Origin: Tannockella kyphosi
GTDB taxonomy: Bacteria > Bacillota_I > Bacilli_A > Erysipelotrichales > Coprobacillaceae
Reading direction: 5' to 3'
NCBI RefSeq assembly: GCF_021054785.1
Contig: NZ_CP088239.1
Coordinates: 720,001 to 752,000 of the forward strand
DNA length: 32,000 nt
Shown here: positions 16,601 to 28,400 of the stretch, in pieces
How the letters are laid out: each line of letters opens with the position of its first letter
How positions within the stretch are numbered: the first letter of the stretch is position 1
Notes under the pieces: generated by a model
The model's input: only the letters and a program-made list of their open reading frames with translations
Database searches by the model: none
What the model was told of the DNA's origin: nothing
Position numbers and translations under genes: made by a program

Positions 16601-19600
16601 GCAAACACTTGAAACTGAAAATAGACTTGCAACAGAGGAAGAACAAATTATTCTTTCAAAATATGTAGGTTGGGGTGGATTACCCGAAGTATTCGAGGAA
16701 GGTCATGTAGGATATGCAGAACTTAAATCAAGACTTACAGACGAAGAATATGCAGCAGCAAGAGCAAGTGTTTTAAATGCTCATTACACTTCTCCAACTA
16801 TTATTAAATCTATCTATGATGCAGTAGAAAGTATGGGATTTGCTACTGGTAATATCCTAGAGCCTAGTTGTGGTGTTGGTAACTTCTTTGGTATGTTACC
16901 CGACAGTATGCAAAGTTCTAATCTTTATGGTGTGGAATTGGACTCTATTACTGGTCGAATTGCAAAACAGTTATATCCTAATGCAAATATTGACATCAAA
17001 GGTTTTGAGAAAACAGACTATCCCGACAGTTTCTTTGATGTGGCAATCGGTAATGTTCCATTTGGTGATTATGGCTTGCTCGAAAAAAGATATGATGCCC
17101 AAAACTTTAAGATACACGACCACTTCTTTGCGAAATCCTTAGATAAAGTTAGACCGGGTGGTGTGGTTGCTTTTGTAACAAGCAAAGGTACACTTGATAA
17201 ACGAAACTCTAATGTCAGAAAATATTTAGCACAAAGAGCCGAGCTTGTAGGTGCTATTCGTTTACCAAACAACGCATTTAAAGCCAATGCAGGAACAGAA
17301 GTTACATCAGATATTATCTTCCTACAAAAACGAGAAAACCCGATTGATATTCAACCAGACTGGGTGCATTTAGGTTACGATGAAAACAACGTGCCAATGA
17401 ACAGCTACTTTGTAGAAAACCCACACATGGTACTTGGTACTATGAAAATGGTCAGTGGTAGATTTGGTGAAGAAAGCACTTGTACACCGATTGAGAGTGC
17501 AGCTCTTTCAGAACAGTTACAAACAGCAATTCAAAACATTGTAGCAACTATCCCCGAAGTGGAATTTGACAATACAGATACCTTAGTTGACACCTCTATT
17601 CCTGCTGATCCAAACGTGAAAAACTATTCCTACACAGTAGTAAATGGCGAAGTATATTATCGTGAAAATTCACGCATGAGTAAACCCGAACTGAACTCCA
17701 CAGCAATAGGTCGTGTGAAAGGCATGGTTGCTATTAGAGAGTGCGTAAATGACCTAATTCGCTATCAATTAGATGATTACCATGAAGATGTTATCAAAGG
17801 CGAACAAGTGCGTTTAAACAACCTATATGACAACTTTACAAAGGAATATGGTCTTATCAATTCTCGTGGAAATGCTCTTGCATTTAATGGTGATAATTCC
17901 TACTATCTCTTAGCATCACTGGAAGATGTTAATGAGGACGGAACACTAAAAGCAAAGGCAGATATGTTTACCAAACGTACTATCAAACCTAGTGTGAAAG
18001 TTACTTCTGTTGATACTCCGTCAGAAGCTCTTGCTATTTCTATTTCAGAAAAAGCGAAAATTGATATGGAATTTATGTCACAGCTAACTGGAAAAACAGA
18101 ACAAGAATTATTTGAGAATTTGCAAGGAGTTGTTTTCCTAAATCCAATGTATGGATTTGGAAGTAATACAGCTGAGAAATATGTAACAGCAGACGAGTAT
18201 TTAAGTGGTAATGTGCGTGAAAAATTAGAATGGGCAAAACGTAGCATGGCTCTTTCTCCCGAAGATTATACAGTAAATGTAGAAGCACTAGAAAAGGCAC
18301 AGCCAAAAGACTTAGATGCAAGTGAAATTGAAGTGCGTTTAGGTGCTACTTGGATTGACAAAGATTATGTAGAACAATTTATGTATGAAACTTTTGAAAC
18401 ACCAAGTTGGTCAAGAGGTGACTATGGTATCAGTGTAAAATTTGCAAATTTTACTGGTGAATGGAGTATCCGTAATAAAAACCAAGCAGGATACCGAGAT
18501 GTTGCATCCACTTCTACTTATGGTACATCAAGAGCCAATGCTTATCGTATTTTAGAAGATACCTTAAATCTTCGTGATATTCGTATTTATGATACTGTGG
18601 AAGATGCAGACGGAAAAGAGAAACGAGTATTAAATAAGAATGAAACTACTCTTGCACAGCAAAAGCAACAACTTATCAAAGAGAAATTCAAGGAATGGAT
18701 TTGGAATGATCCCGAACGTAGACAACACCTTGTAAAGCTCTACAATGAAAAATTTAACTCCACAAGACCTCGTGAATATGATGGCAGTCATATTACTTTT
18801 GGTGGTATCAATCCCGAAATCAAGCTAAGAGAACATCAGATTAATGCGATTGCTCATATCCTCTATGGAAATAACGTATTACTAGCTCACGAAGTTGGTG
18901 CAGGAAAGTCTTTCGAGATGGTTGCAGGTGCAATGGAAAGTAAACGACTTGGACTTTGCAATAAACCTTTAATTGCTGTACCTAATCATTTGACCGAACA
19001 AATGGCAAGTGAATTTTTAAGATTATATCCTGCTGCTAATATTTTAGTAGCAACGAAAAAAGATTTTGAAACTCGTAATCGAAAGAAATTCTGTGCAAGG
19101 ATTGCGACTGGTGAATATGATGCAATCATCATGGGACATAGTCAATTTGAACGTATTCCCGTATCACTAGAAAGACAAGAACGATTACTTGATGAACAGA
19201 TTGATGAAATTACAAATGGTATTGCAGAAGTAAAAGCTAGTGGTGGTGAGAAGTTCACTATCAAGCAATTAGAACGTACAAAAAAAGGCTTAGAAAAACG
19301 ATTAGAGAAATTACAAGCCTTAGATCGTAAAGATGATGTTGTTACCTTTGAGCAATTAGGTGTAGATAAGTTGATTGTAGATGAAGCTCATGCTTACAAG
19401 AATGGATTTGTATTTACCAAAATGCGTAACGTGGCAGGTCTTGGCTCTAGTGAAAGTCAAAGGTCAGCAGATATGTTTATGAAATGTCGCTATCTTGATG
19501 AAATTACTGGTGGAAAAGGTGTCGTATTTGCAACGGGTACACCCGTCAGCAATAGTATGACGGAGCTATATGTTATGCAAAGATATTTACAATACAACAC

Positions 19601-21488
19601 TCTAAAACAAGCAGGATTACTTCATTTTGATGGTTGGGCATCTACCTTTGGCGAAACGACTACTACCCTTGAAATCAATCCACAAGGAAGTGGGTATCGT
19701 GCAAGAACTCGTTTTGCTAAGTTCTTCAATCTTCCCGAACTTATGAATATGTTTAAGGAAGTTGCCGACATCAAAACAGCCGACCAATTAAACCTACCAA
19801 CTCCCGAAATTATCTATGAAACTGTATCAGCAAAACCTACGGAATTGCAAAAAGAAATCGTACAAGAGCTTTCTAAACGTGCAGGACGAGTACAAGCAAA
19901 TCTTGTAGATCCTTCAGAAGATAATATGCTTACCATTACCAATGACGGGCGAAAGTTAGGACTTGACCAAAGGGTATTTAACCCAATGCTACCCGATGAT
20001 CCCGACAGTAAAGTAAACACTTGTGTCAGCAACATTTATGACATTTGGCAAGAAACAAAGGAAGATAGATTAACTCAATTACTATTTTGTGATTTATCAA
20101 CTCCAAAGCCGAAACCAAAGGATGTTTTAAAAGTAGCAAAAGGCGAAAACATGGGCATCAATGGTGCAGAAGTTAATGCACTAGAATATGGTGTTGACAT
20201 CGAAGAAGAAGCTACCTTAATTGAAAAGGAAATGCCTTTTAGTGTGTACCATGACATCAAAGATAAGTTAATTGATTTGGGTGTTCCCGAAGAAGAAATT
20301 GCCTTTATTCACGATGCTAAAACAGAAGTTCAGAAGAAAGAATTATATAACAAAGTTCGTAATGGTGATGTAAGGGTAATGCTTGGCTCTACTTCTAAAT
20401 GTGGTAGTGGTATGAACGTACAAGATAGACTTGTGGCACTCCATGACCTTGATGCTCCTTGGCGTCCGGGTGATTTACGTCAGAGAAGTGGTCGTATTGA
20501 AAGGCAAGGTAACATGAATAAGCAAGCAAAGATTTTTCGCTACGTTACGGATTCAACCTTTGATTCGTATTTGTGGCAAACTCTTGAAAGTAAGCAGAAA
20601 TTCATTAGTCAGATTATGACCAGTAAATCCCCAGTTCGCTCATGTGATGACCTTGATGAGTCGGCATTATCCTATGCAGAGATTAAAGCTCTATGTGCAG
20701 GAAATCCCAAAATAAAGTTAAAGATGGATTTAGATATTGAGGTAGCTAAGTTAAAATTGCTAAAGGCAAGTCACCAAAGTACCAAGTATCGACTGGAGGA
20801 TCAACTACTTAAATATTATCCCGAAAGCATTAAGAAAAATGAAGATTATATTGTTGCATTTGAAAAAGACCTTGTAACTTTAGGGGATAACATTCCTCAA
20901 GGAGAGGATTTCTTACCGATGACGATAAAAGGAGACAGGTTAATAGATAAGGAGAATGCAGGTGCAGCACTTCTCGCTTGTGTGAATGAGGTTATTGGGA
21001 GAGAAAGTGTAGAAATCGGTGCGTATCGTGGCTTTTCTATGCATTTAAGTTATGATAGCTTTCACAATGAACATACGGTTACTTTAAAGGGGGCAATGAG
21101 CCACACGGTTGCTCTTGGGAAAGATCTAAGAGGTAATCTGACTCGTATAGATAATGTGCTTGAAAGCATGAATAAAAGGCTAGAAGGTGTAAAAGCACAG
21201 CTTGAAAATCTTCGTAAACAACAAGCAAATGCAGAAATCGAAAAGGAGAAACCATTTCCACAAGAGCAAGAATTAAAAGATAAGTCAGAACAACTAGCAG
21301 AATTAGATGCGGAATTGAATATGAGTGGTGGAGCCAATGAGGAACTAGTGGAACATGAGAATACCAAGATAGCAAAATCCTCACGTCCTTCTGTACTGGA
21401 TACGCTCAAATCTATGCCAAAGCAAAAGATAGAGCCAAAGCCAAAGATAGAGCCAAAGCCAAAGCGAGAGTTGCAGGAGGTAAGGTAA
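13644..21488 (+). CDS. Giant polyvalent protein: ArdC-N-like head, N6-adenine DNA methyltransferase, SNF2/SF2 helicase
   Basis: SD AGGAGG is upstream of ATG 13644. Head: [40 protein letters not shown]. MTase motif I is [12 protein letters not shown] (16857-16892) and motif IV is NVPF (17052-17063). Helicase motif I is GAGKS (18897-18911), DEAH is at 19380-19391, and motif VI is [10 protein letters not shown] (20481-20510). Confidence 0.9.
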   Translation: MALKREEVAQLYENTSRQVTSSLANWTNFLEVVGKLYKYPYHEQLMIYAQKPDATACAEFGLWNNRMNRYVKRGTTGIALIDPSNDNQKIKYVFDLADTGGKENAQRPLLWEMQNHHEKPILEMLQDKFDVSSDNLYEAIDIIATTLSKEYYDDNKKDIPYLVEDSFLEELDDFDIEQTFKNALSVSVAYTLMKRCGLDTEDRFSHEDFLPIFDFNTTATVTFLGTAVSEQTEQVFREIAKTIVKTIVKTERSIQHEQLDLQNGGRLQNPELGIETRTASNTGQIWENEKSTSHGTSQTIIQSPTTEREIDSSSSGNRPNSEQTNGTVDERPREETTVTEQDDTPTRMGSTSEQPTSTGRGSNLDGVDLQLRPTLDDIVLDETVKPQQMSLFPTEEQQITSIADRQNANTLSVTAKSQSAISISEEEIIHGLLRGTGFVDGKLRVYDLYQKDLSPKEIANSIKSEYGHGGGSHDYLDGNRGWIDCEPSKGLLFSIHGIEGKFKLSWSDVEKKIRSLVTNDSYLTMDEKAKYEEQQLAKAGIDSKFFLDDEELSGIVNNFILASDVTDQTLQHQTDIYEAFVTQTSLEDKLSLIKSTYGNLDTSYVTEGGDYLEEVKSDVIGINFKRGGQPFSVTYDDMVTRIDTLIANNDYPHKEDVVEITQDDIDNAILEWNGDEESKARVLSYMREHSRERGTALWLQNEYGNNLPALLVVKGELSESIPWAKVQRQLGKFIAEDKFFVTDSKDRYTLEQTSDAFEEPFAVRDNLIPDNSLDRYHAVEGHIQTFETEEDAQTVIEQLNDNARYTVKYITEGFDSSYVLDDKEFDIEGFVKHEYADLFYQSYGTREEAQAVADKLNALSEHTPPELIFFVDFKDVDIDYSKYNDRDVIGYNIDGVKYTVGKSGDLTYTTQETAITPYGEVLGDNMTADVYEKFKAWKESLSAPQEEITEPVQVVKGENFRITDSDLGHGTKSEKYKANMQAIRTLQTLETENRLATEEEQIILSKYVGWGGLPEVFEEGHVGYAELKSRLTDEEYAAARASVLNAHYTSPTIIKSIYDAVESMGFATGNILEPSCGVGNFFGMLPDSMQSSNLYGVELDSITGRIAKQLYPNANIDIKGFEKTDYPDSFFDVAIGNVPFGDYGLLEKRYDAQNFKIHDHFFAKSLDKVRPGGVVAFVTSKGTLDKRNSNVRKYLAQRAELVGAIRLPNNAFKANAGTEVTSDIIFLQKRENPIDIQPDWVHLGYDENNVPMNSYFVENPHMVLGTMKMVSGRFGEESTCTPIESAALSEQLQTAIQNIVATIPEVEFDNTDTLVDTSIPADPNVKNYSYTVVNGEVYYRENSRMSKPELNSTAIGRVKGMVAIRECVNDLIRYQLDDYHEDVIKGEQVRLNNLYDNFTKEYGLINSRGNALAFNGDNSYYLLASLEDVNEDGTLKAKADMFTKRTIKPSVKVTSVDTPSEALAISISEKAKIDMEFMSQLTGKTEQELFENLQGVVFLNPMYGFGSNTAEKYVTADEYLSGNVREKLEWAKRSMALSPEDYTVNVEALEKAQPKDLDASEIEVRLGATWIDKDYVEQFMYETFETPSWSRGDYGISVKFANFTGEWSIRNKNQAGYRDVASTSTYGTSRANAYRILEDTLNLRDIRIYDTVEDADGKEKRVLNKNETTLAQQKQQLIKEKFKEWIWNDPERRQHLVKLYNEKFNSTRPREYDGSHITFGGINPEIKLREHQINAIAHILYGNNVLLAHEVGAGKSFEMVAGAMESKRLGLCNKPLIAVPNHLTEQMASEFLRLYPAANILVATKKDFETRNRKKFCARIATGEYDAIIMGHSQFERIPVSLERQERLLDEQIDEITNGIAEVKASGGEKFTIKQLERTKKGLEKRLEKLQALDRKDDVVTFEQLGVDKLIVDEAHAYKNGFVFTKMRNVAGLGSSESQRSADMFMKCRYLDEITGGKGVVFATGTPVSNSMTELYVMQRYLQYNTLKQAGLLHFDGWASTFGETTTTLEINPQGSGYRARTRFAKFFNLPELMNMFKEVADIKTADQLNLPTPEIIYETVSAKPTELQKEIVQELSKRAGRVQANLVDPSEDNMLTITNDGRKLGLDQRVFNPMLPDDPDSKVNTCVSNIYDIWQETKEDRLTQLLFCDLSTPKPKPKDVLKVAKGENMGINGAEVNALEYGVDIEEEATLIEKEMPFSVYHDIKDKLIDLGVPEEEIAFIHDAKTEVQKKELYNKVRNGDVRVMLGSTSKCGSGMNVQDRLVALHDLDAPWRPGDLRQRSGRIERQGNMNKQAKIFRYVTDSTFDSYLWQTLESKQKFISQIMTSKSPVRSCDDLDESALSYAEIKALCAGNPKIKLKMDLDIEVAKLKLLKASHQSTKYRLEDQLLKYYPESIKKNEDYIVAFEKDLVTLGDNIPQGEDFLPMTIKGDRLIDKENAGAALLACVNEVIGRESVEIGAYRGFSMHLSYDSFHNEHTVTLKGAMSHTVALGKDLRGNLTRIDNVLESMNKRLEGVKAQLENLRKQQANAEIEKEKPFPQEQELKDKSEQLAELDAELNMSGGANEELVEHENTKIAKSSRPSVLDTLKSMPKQKIEPKPKIEPKPKRELQEVR
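14410..14757 (+). CDS. TnpV-like ORF embedded in the +1 frame of the giant gene
   Basis: 115 aa with SD AAAGGAG (14395-14401) 8 nt before ATG 14410. It aligns end to end with the TnpV at 1437-1823: GDYKIPNL / [32 protein letters not shown] / EWV / [11 protein letters not shown]. Confidence 0.55.
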   Translation: MNNLTYKTEGDYKIPNLELKQEQPVTLGKYGKMRKAHLMEHRKPLFNHLLLSEKLTAHLVEIDQTANRRMEQLMKDLEKKQPSPNKMTHQLEWVAHQNSLQAQAEEVILTELIYS

Positions 21489-21824
21489 ATGGCAAATAGA
21501 CAACGGAACATTCGATTACAATGTAGAGTTACGGAAGAAGAGAAAGCTCTTGTGGAGAGAAATATGCAACACCTCGGAACGAAGAACTTAGAAGCATATC
21601 TTAGGAAAATGGCAATAGATGGTTACATATTACAGCTAGATACTTCAGATATAAGAGAGCTAGTTAGATTGCTTAGAGTAACCAGTAATAGCTTAAATCA
21701 ACTTGCAAAACGTGCAAATGAAACGGGGAATGTATATCGTGATGATATAGAAGAACTAACAGAAAGCTATGATAAAATGTGGAATATGGCAGAGGAAATT
21801 ATGGTACGACTAGCGAGTATATAA
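21489..21824 (+). CDS. mobC: MobC-family relaxosome accessory protein
   Basis: 111 aa. R.I.L..RVTEEEK (RHH-like N-terminus) and SNSLNQLAKRAN are typical of MobC. The ATG abuts the giant gene's stop. Confidence 0.8.
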   Translation: MANRQRNIRLQCRVTEEEKALVERNMQHLGTKNLEAYLRKMAIDGYILQLDTSDIRELVRLLRVTSNSLNQLAKRANETGNVYRDDIEELTESYDKMWNMAEEIMVRLASI

Positions 21825-21837
21825 GTAGTGATTTAGA

Positions 21838-21860
21838 CTTCGTCCCAAATTGGGACGAAG
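21838..21860 (+). terminator. Terminator-like hairpin after mobC
   Basis: Perfect 10-bp stem CTTCGTCCCA/TGGGACGAAG with a 3-nt loop. The downstream T-run is weak (TTGCTAT). Confidence 0.45.
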
Positions 21861-21956
21861 TTGCTATCACAGTAAAAATGATGACATCATGGACTGAATT
21901 TTTGACTCTTGATATACTAGTAGTGGAACTAGAAAATTAATAGCAGGAGGTAGAAA

Positions 21957-22241
21957 ATGCGAAAAATATTTAAAATAATTTCAATGCCAGCAGTCTTTTC
22001 CTTGGATATTTTACTTGCAATTGCAAAAGGGATTTTATATGTAGCAGGTGGGATAATGAATTTGCTAACAATACTTTGTTTGATAGCAGGAGTGATTGGA
22101 ATGACGAATGAATTATATAGTTTTATGATTATACCTTCTCTTATATCAGCATTTTTATTATCACCTTTTGGGATACAACTTGTATTAATATACCTAACTG
22201 CAAATGTAGAACTATTTAGAGATTGGATAAGAGAAATATAA
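21957..22241 (+). CDS. Small polytopic membrane protein, unknown function
   Basis: 94 aa with about three hydrophobic helices. A strong SD AGGAGG lies 7 nt upstream. It is preferred over the antisense 108-aa ORF, which starts inside the terminator. Confidence 0.6.
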   Translation: MRKIFKIISMPAVFSLDILLAIAKGILYVAGGIMNLLTILCLIAGVIGMTNELYSFMIIPSLISAFLLSPFGIQLVLIYLTANVELFRDWIREI

Positions 22242-22245
22242 AAAT

Positions 22246-22278
22246 TGCCCGACACTTCTTAATCAGATTTGTCGGGCA
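22246..22278. terminator. Bidirectional terminator between convergent genes
   Basis: Perfect 9-bp stem TGCCCGACA (22246-22254) / TGTCGGGCA (22270-22278), flanked by A-run and T-run sequences. Confidence 0.65.
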
Positions 22279-22283
22279 TACTT

Positions 22284-22619
22284 TTATTTTGTACTAAAGG
22301 CTTCTAATAATTTGCTAATGATATCATTGGCTACTTCAAATTGATTTGGAGATAATTTTCTTAGTCTTGAAGCAATCGCTTCTACGTTATTATCGGGAGT
22401 AATATCAAATAATAATTCGTCAGCTGAAATAGATAAAAGAATACAAATCTTTTTCATGGTAGTAAGAGATATTCCTACAACACCACGTTCTAATGCAGAG
22501 ATACTATTTGTTTCCATTTCTAATAATTCAGCAAATTTTTCTTGGGTAAAACCTGCTCGTTCTCGTTGGTATTTAACTCTAGCACCAATTTCGATGTTAA
22601 TTTCTTTTTTATTTGCCAT
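22284..22619 (-). CDS. XRE-family HTH transcriptional regulator
   Basis: 111 aa with an HTH_3 pattern: IGARVKYQRERAGFTQEKFAELLEMETNSISALERG. SD GGAGG lies 7 nt upstream on the minus strand. Confidence 0.85.
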   Translation of the reverse strand: MANKKEINIEIGARVKYQRERAGFTQEKFAELLEMETNSISALERGVVGISLTTMKKICILLSISADELLFDITPDNNVEAIASRLRKLSPNQFEVANDIISKLLEAFSTK

Positions 22620-22630
22620 AACTAAACCTC

Positions 22631-22714
22631 CTAATATTAGTATAGGTAATACTAGAGTTGACTATAAGCGATTAATAATAGTACAATTATATGATTATTA
22701 ATATTAGTTCCAAC
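22631..22714. promoter_or_regulatory. Divergent overlapping promoters with two copies of a palindromic operator-like box
   Basis: Plus strand: TTGACT (22658-22663), 18 nt, then TACAAT (22682-22687). Minus strand: TTGGAA (about 22709-22714), 16-17 nt, then TATAAT (22686-22691). TAATATTAGT occurs at 22632-22641, within the perfect palindrome CTAATATTAG, and again at 22699-22708. Confidence 0.45.
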
Positions 22715-22753
22715 AAAAAAAGATGTATAATAAAAAGAAAGAGAGATAGAAGT

Positions 22754-23227
22754 ATGGTAAATGCGAAAGAAATCTTTGAACGAGCAAAAATGCGACGTCT
22801 TACAGAGCATATTTTATATGGAGTATCAGTTCCGTCAGAGAATGAAGATTATGATAAGAGAATGGATAGAGCGTTTTGTATATTTGATAATCATGTAAAA
22901 GAATTAGCACATGAAAATGCAGATGATATTTCTGACCACGTAAATGAGCTGGTGCGAGAGACAACAGAAATATATATAGAAATAGGAATACAATCTGGTA
23001 TAATGCTAATGATGGATTTTATGAAGAATACTGAAATGGTTGTGGCATTAAGTGAAAAGAACGAAGTGAAGTCCTGTTATAAAGAAATGTACTTTCTCTT
23101 ATTTCAAACGATAACGAATGCACTGAATATTTTAGAAACAGAAGATGGTAATCAGACAGAGCAGATTAAAATATTATTGAAAGAAGCACAAACTAAGTCA
23201 GAACAAATCTTCATGGAACTACCATAA
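22754..23227 (+). CDS. Hypothetical all-alpha protein
   Basis: 157 aa from ATG 22754. The track start at 22691 falls within the predicted promoter. No catalytic motif is seen. It resembles small uncharacterised proteins next to XRE regulators in gut Firmicutes elements. Confidence 0.55.
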   Translation: MVNAKEIFERAKMRRLTEHILYGVSVPSENEDYDKRMDRAFCIFDNHVKELAHENADDISDHVNELVRETTEIYIEIGIQSGIMLMMDFMKNTEMVVALSEKNEVKSCYKEMYFLLFQTITNALNILETEDGNQTEQIKILLKEAQTKSEQIFMELP

Positions 23228-23252
23228 ATAAGTGAGAAAAGGGGAAGAATAT

Positions 23253-23813
23253 ATGAGCAGTTATTCTGTAACAGAGTATTTGAAAAAAGTACAAATTAAG
23301 GAAAATCTAAAGTATAATTCAAAGGAATTTAGGGAGCAAGTAATAGCAGAGGGGGAACAGGCATATCACCTAGCAAATTTTTATGAAGCTTATCAGAAAA
23401 AATGTATTATGATTGTAAATCCAAAGAAACACATGGAATTTAAGCAGATAAAAAAATTACTAAAACAGCATTTTGTAATGCTATACGATGATGAGCCACT
23501 AGAAACATATGAGCTGAAATATTCAAAAAAGAATATGCAGGCATTGCTCACTATTCGTTGTGAAATGATAGTAAATAATGAGGGCGATAAGGTGACGAAT
23601 AAATCTGAATTACTGGCACAGTTATTTGCAATGTATCAAGATAATTTCATAGAAGTGGAAGATGGGAAATACATTAAGATGATATTTACAATAAAGCTAT
23701 ATGATGAAATCTTTATCGAAGAAGATGATGTGAGATTGCAGGAACTGGCTGTAAAGTGCAAAGTCAGAATGAGTTATGACATAGAAAAACATATGAGAGA
23801 AGAGGGCATTTAG
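23253..23813 (+). CDS. Hypothetical protein
   Basis: 186 aa from ATG 23253 with SD AAAGGGGA upstream. No recognisable motif. Confidence 0.55.
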   Translation: MSSYSVTEYLKKVQIKENLKYNSKEFREQVIAEGEQAYHLANFYEAYQKKCIMIVNPKKHMEFKQIKKLLKQHFVMLYDDEPLETYELKYSKKNMQALLTIRCEMIVNNEGDKVTNKSELLAQLFAMYQDNFIEVEDGKYIKMIFTIKLYDEIFIEEDDVRLQELAVKCKVRMSYDIEKHMREEGI

Positions 23814-23856
23814 ATGCTCTTTTTTTCTGCTCATTTAACAGAAAGGAGAGAAGAGT

Positions 23857-25257
23857 ATGGCTACATCAAGGTTAATACCGATGCATAAAAACAAAGGGAA
23901 GAGTATTGCAAAATGCTTAGCAGATAGAACAGATTATGCGAAGAATTCTGAAAAGACCAATGCAGGGGAATATGTGTCATCTTATGAATGTGATCCAAGA
24001 ACTGTACAAGGGGAATTCATGTTGTCAAAGAGAGCTTATCTTGATATTACAGGACGAACACAAGAGAGTGATGTGATTGCGTATCAGATACGACAATCAT
24101 TTCGACCAGGGGAGATTACACCCGAACTTGCTAATAAATTAGGATATGAACTTGCAATGAATTTTACAAAAGGGAAGCACGCATTTATCGTAGCAACTCA
24201 TGTGGATAAGGCTCATATTCATAGTCATATTATCTTTAATTCTACGTCATTAGATTGTACAAGAAAGTTCAGAAACTTTTGGGGTAGTACCAGTGCTGTA
24301 AGAAAATTATCTGATAGAATATGCTTAGAAAATGGTCTTTCAATCGTAGAAAATCCTAAGCCGTCACGTGGGCATTATGGTAAATGGTTAGGAGATAAAA
24401 AATCGTTAAATCACTCTGATAAAATTAGAATGAGTATAGATAGCACGCTACAGAAAAAACCACAGACCTTTGAAGAATTTCTGCACCTTATGGAACTAGC
24501 AGGGTATGAAATTAAGAGGGGAAAACATATTGGGTTTAAGAGTGCAGAACAAGGCAAATTTATACGTTTTCGTTCATTAGGAAAAGGATACTCACAAGAA
24601 GAAATTCAATCAATCATCAGTGGGAAAGCAATACCGAGAGAGCAGAACAGTAGCAAGCAGAATTATAGAAAATCAATAAATTTACTAGTAGATATTCAAG
24701 TAAAAATCAATGAAGGAAAAGGTGCGGGATATGAGCAGTGGGCGAAGATATACAATCTAAAACAGATGGCTCAAACTATAAATTTCTTACGAGAAAATGA
24801 TTTGCTAGACTACTCAAATCTTGAAGAACGAGCAGAGGAAATCACTGGGAATTTTGAAAGATTAAATGCAGAAATTAAGTCAGCAGAGAAACGTATGGGA
24901 GAGATACAAGTGCTACGAACTCATATCATCAATTATATGAAAACAAAAGATATTTATACCGATTATCGCAAGGCAGGGTACTCTAAGAACTTCTATGAAG
25001 AGTATGAAAGTGAGTTGATATTGCATAAAGCAGCAAAGACTGCTTTTGATGAATTAGGAACGAAAAAACTTCCAACAATGAAGTCATTACATGGGGAATA
25101 TGCTGAGCTATTATCAGCGAAAAAAAAAGCATATGTTATCTATAAAAGTATGAAGAAAGATATGCAAGAAATACTTCGAGCAAAAGAAAATGTTGACCGT
25201 ATTTTGGAACTCAAAGAGGAACAAAAGGGCAAAGAAAAAACGCAGGAAGCAAGGTAA
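23857..25257 (+). CDS. Relaxase/mobilisation nuclease (Relaxase PF03432-type, MOBP-like)
   Basis: 466 aa with the His-triad block FIVATHVDKAHIHSHIIFNS and an N-terminal Tyr-containing region. SD GAAAGGAGAG is upstream. The C-terminal half is coiled coil. Confidence 0.85.
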   Translation: MATSRLIPMHKNKGKSIAKCLADRTDYAKNSEKTNAGEYVSSYECDPRTVQGEFMLSKRAYLDITGRTQESDVIAYQIRQSFRPGEITPELANKLGYELAMNFTKGKHAFIVATHVDKAHIHSHIIFNSTSLDCTRKFRNFWGSTSAVRKLSDRICLENGLSIVENPKPSRGHYGKWLGDKKSLNHSDKIRMSIDSTLQKKPQTFEEFLHLMELAGYEIKRGKHIGFKSAEQGKFIRFRSLGKGYSQEEIQSIISGKAIPREQNSSKQNYRKSINLLVDIQVKINEGKGAGYEQWAKIYNLKQMAQTINFLRENDLLDYSNLEERAEEITGNFERLNAEIKSAEKRMGEIQVLRTHIINYMKTKDIYTDYRKAGYSKNFYEEYESELILHKAAKTAFDELGTKKLPTMKSLHGEYAELLSAKKKAYVIYKSMKKDMQEILRAKENVDRILELKEEQKGKEKTQEAR

Positions 25258-25464
25258 TTGCTCCTGCGTCTACAGCATTGGTTACAGTGCGTGGCTCACA
25301 ATTTATTGTGTCAATGGGGATTGGGGTAACCCCAACAAGTAAGCGTGTGGAAGCCGAAAGGGCGACCACAGGCATTGCTTGCCAGTATTTGTTCTAAGGG
25401 AAGATAAATATCTAATAATATATTATTATCATAAATACATCCATTTACTTTCATAAAAAAACTC

Positions 25465-28400
25465 CTAAATTAAGCTATCCTTAACATCAAACTTCGTTTT
25501 GAAATCTTCATAGCTATTTACCCAGTCAAATTTAATGAGATTGGATACAGCTTCAAAGTGGAGAGTACCACATTTGATTTTGTTTTGTTCAACCTCAGTT
25601 AAATCACTACGTTCTTTACCAGCTTTTGTTTCGACTATAAAGTAGATACCTAATGTTGTATCATTAGTCCCATCTTCTTTGCAGATTATTGCCCAGTCGG
25701 GAGAGTAGTTTCCGTAAGGAGTATCTATCACAAATCCACCTTTTTTAAGCTTTGTAAACAATACGATGTTTGAATTTTGCTCAAGTTTTTCGGCAAACTC
25801 TTTTTCACCTTTACTATCAAGTTTGTAATATTCGTTAAGAGCTGATTTTCTGTTTTTATCAGCTTTAAATACTTTCCACTCATCAATAAAATCTTCTTCT
25901 GTTATAGTGTCTACTGCGAAGATTTGCCCCTCATTTAGTTCGTAACCCTCGATGACTTCATAAGAATATACACTATTAGCTTTCGCATCATTCAGTGCTG
26001 TTAAAATCTTTTCCGTAATCTTATCCAATATGTCCGTGAAGTTTAAAGCTTCTCTTTTTTCTATGCCACTCAGTATTTTAAAAATCGCAAGTCGAGGGAG
26101 CATAGTGTGGTACATGATATAGTTGACAATTTCAAAATCACTTTTTGGAACAACCTTTGAACCTACCTCAATATCAAACTCCTTGTCACCCGATTTTTCA
26201 AGTTCAAACATACCAACATCAGAGAAGTTCGCTTTACTGGTTGTTATATTTACAGTTTGCTTAATAGCGAAAAATTGCAGATAATTATTTATATCATTTA
26301 TCATCGAATTGATAAAATCATCTTTGTTGATATTGCATCTATATAGTGTTTTCTTTTTTAGCTTTTCACAAAGGTTGCTATACAGCTTTTCAAATTCATC
26401 TTCGGTAACAAATGCTCTCACTTTGTTATTGTAAGATGGATTATCCTTGTTTTTAACCTCGATACGTTTACTGCCTTTTTCAACCATTAACTGTACGAAC
26501 TGTTCTTTTAGTTTAATGCTATGTTCCTGTAAAACTTCATCTGTAAAGATAAGAGTTTCAATAGCTTTCATAGTTTTTTCTGCATTATTTTTTAAAATAT
26601 TATTGCTATCAAAGATACCATTGTTTTGAAGTTCTATTTTGAAAGTATCAACTAAATGAGGAGTGATGTATGCTTTCGGAATACCTGCTTTAGTAAGAGC
26701 AGCAGTAAGTACATCAGCAGTAACTTCATTCTTGTTGAAGTTCATACTATCATTAAAGTCATCTTGTAGCATACGAGAGAAGTTCTCATAGCTATCGTTT
26801 GCGATAACAGTTAATTCGTTGATGTTTGGATCTAAACATCTATTACCCAATGTATCAACGGGCAATCTTAGACCACGACCAATTTCTTGTTTTTTTGCAA
26901 TTTCGCTACTGCCATTTTTAAGAGTACAAAGGGTAAATACATTTGGATTATCCCAACCCTCACGAAGTGCAGAGTGAGAGAAGATAAAGCTAAGTGGTTC
27001 ATCAAATGAGATAAGTTCATCTTTCTTTTCTAAAATCAAGCTAATAGCTCTATCAATATCTTCTTGTGATTTTGCAGTAACATCAATGCCTTTTTTATCG
27101 TATTGTACTTCTGATATATTTTGCTTTTTATCAAGAGCAAAATAACCCTCACGAACAGCTAATACATCATCATAGGATTTAAAGCAATCTTTATATTTTT
27201 CTATTTTAGATTTGTTGTTAATAATAAATGCTTGATATTCTTCATCAAAAATTCTTAGGTACTCACCACGAGTATCTTCTCTATCATAGTCACGTACATT
27301 CTTTACAGCATCAATAAAAAACAAGGTAATTGCTTTGATGTTTTTACCTGCTTTAAGCATTGATAATTGCTTTTTAAAATGGCTGTGTATAGCTAGTCTT
27401 ATTTGAATACGGACTGCTTGTATATCATCAAGACCATTGTTGCCTTCACCAATATTTAGCCTAAGCTCGCCACTATCAGTGAAAATTCTTAGTGGATTTT
27501 CTTTGTGAGGATTTTCAGCAATACGCATATTTTTGTATTGAGGGAGTCCACCCGAAATATCATGTAGTGAAGTGTTACCAATAACATCGACAGTAGTGAA
27601 GCGAATGCTATCACCTTGCTTTTGGGTAAACATCTCAATTCGTGCTTTTAAATCCTTTGTAAATGAAATATAACGGATATAAGGGTAGTCCCTATCAATA
27701 ACACCATTTACTGTTTTAACACCGATTTTCTTTACCAAATCATTTTGATAAGCAGCATAAGAGTCTAACTTATATATTTGGTTATATAGTTGTTTATGCG
27801 TAGCAGAATAACGTAAAAGAAATAGTGGCTCTAGTTGTTCTAATGCTTGAAGTGACTTGGATTTTTTGCCTTTTTGCCCCTCGATTTTTTGTGGCTCGTC
27901 AATGATAATAACTGGGTTAATTGCTTTAATATCGTCCCATAAAATTTGCCCGTATTCATCATCAGTACGGATTTTATTATTGTCTTTATTAAATGCTTGG
28001 ATGTTCATAACACAAATACTTAAATCGGTAGATTCAACAAGGGAACTACTGATTTTTTTTAGATTATTACTATCATAAACAAAGCTATGCTTATCTATAT
28101 CAAGTCCGTATAATCTTTGGAAGTGTTCATTTAATTGTTCAATGGATTTTTCTACACCTTTACGAATTGCAATACTTGGTACTACAATCATAAATTTTTT
28201 TAGATTGTATTCTTTGTATAATTCTAAAATGGTACGCAGATACACATAAGTTTTACCAGTACCAGTTTCCATTTCTATTGTGAAGTTATTACCCTCTAGG
28301 AAGTTATCAGCAAATAGGTTGTTATTTAGTTGCACATTTCGTAGATTGTTAAGTACCTTTGTCCCGATGACGATACCCTCATTACGAATTGGATCTCCCT

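Noticed and set aside
21062-21511. 149-aa and 101-aa minus-strand ORFs at the 3' end of the giant gene
   Set aside because: They are antisense to a coiled-coil coding region, where reverse frames are commonly open. There is no start context.
21929-22255. 108-aa minus-strand ORF overlapping the 94-aa membrane-protein gene
   Set aside because: Its start lies in the bidirectional terminator stem and has no SD. The plus-strand ORF has a consensus AGGAGG and coherent TM helices.
22456-22701. 81-aa plus-strand ORF antisense to the XRE gene
   Set aside because: It overlaps a clear HTH regulator gene and the promoter region, and has no SD.
25120-25128. A9 tract in the relaxase gene, and T7-T8 tracts in res, mod and the 2-TM gene (about 28054, 30083, 30896), considered as phase-variation switches
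   Set aside because: Homopolymers of this length are expected in AT-rich DNA. There are no tetra- or pentanucleotide SSRs like those in phase-variable type III mod genes, and all frames are intact.
25287-25400. GTGCG followed by structured GC-rich sequence, considered as a group II intron 5' end
   Set aside because: Only about 110 nt are available before AT-rich sequence and the res gene. No domain V/VI-like elements and no reverse transcriptase ORF are present. At most it is a fragment.
25413-25428. 16-nt AT-only perfect palindrome TAATAATATATTATTA between the convergent relaxase and res genes
   Set aside because: It could be a weak bidirectional terminator or a protein site. AT-only palindromes arise easily in AT-rich spacers, and there is no supporting context.
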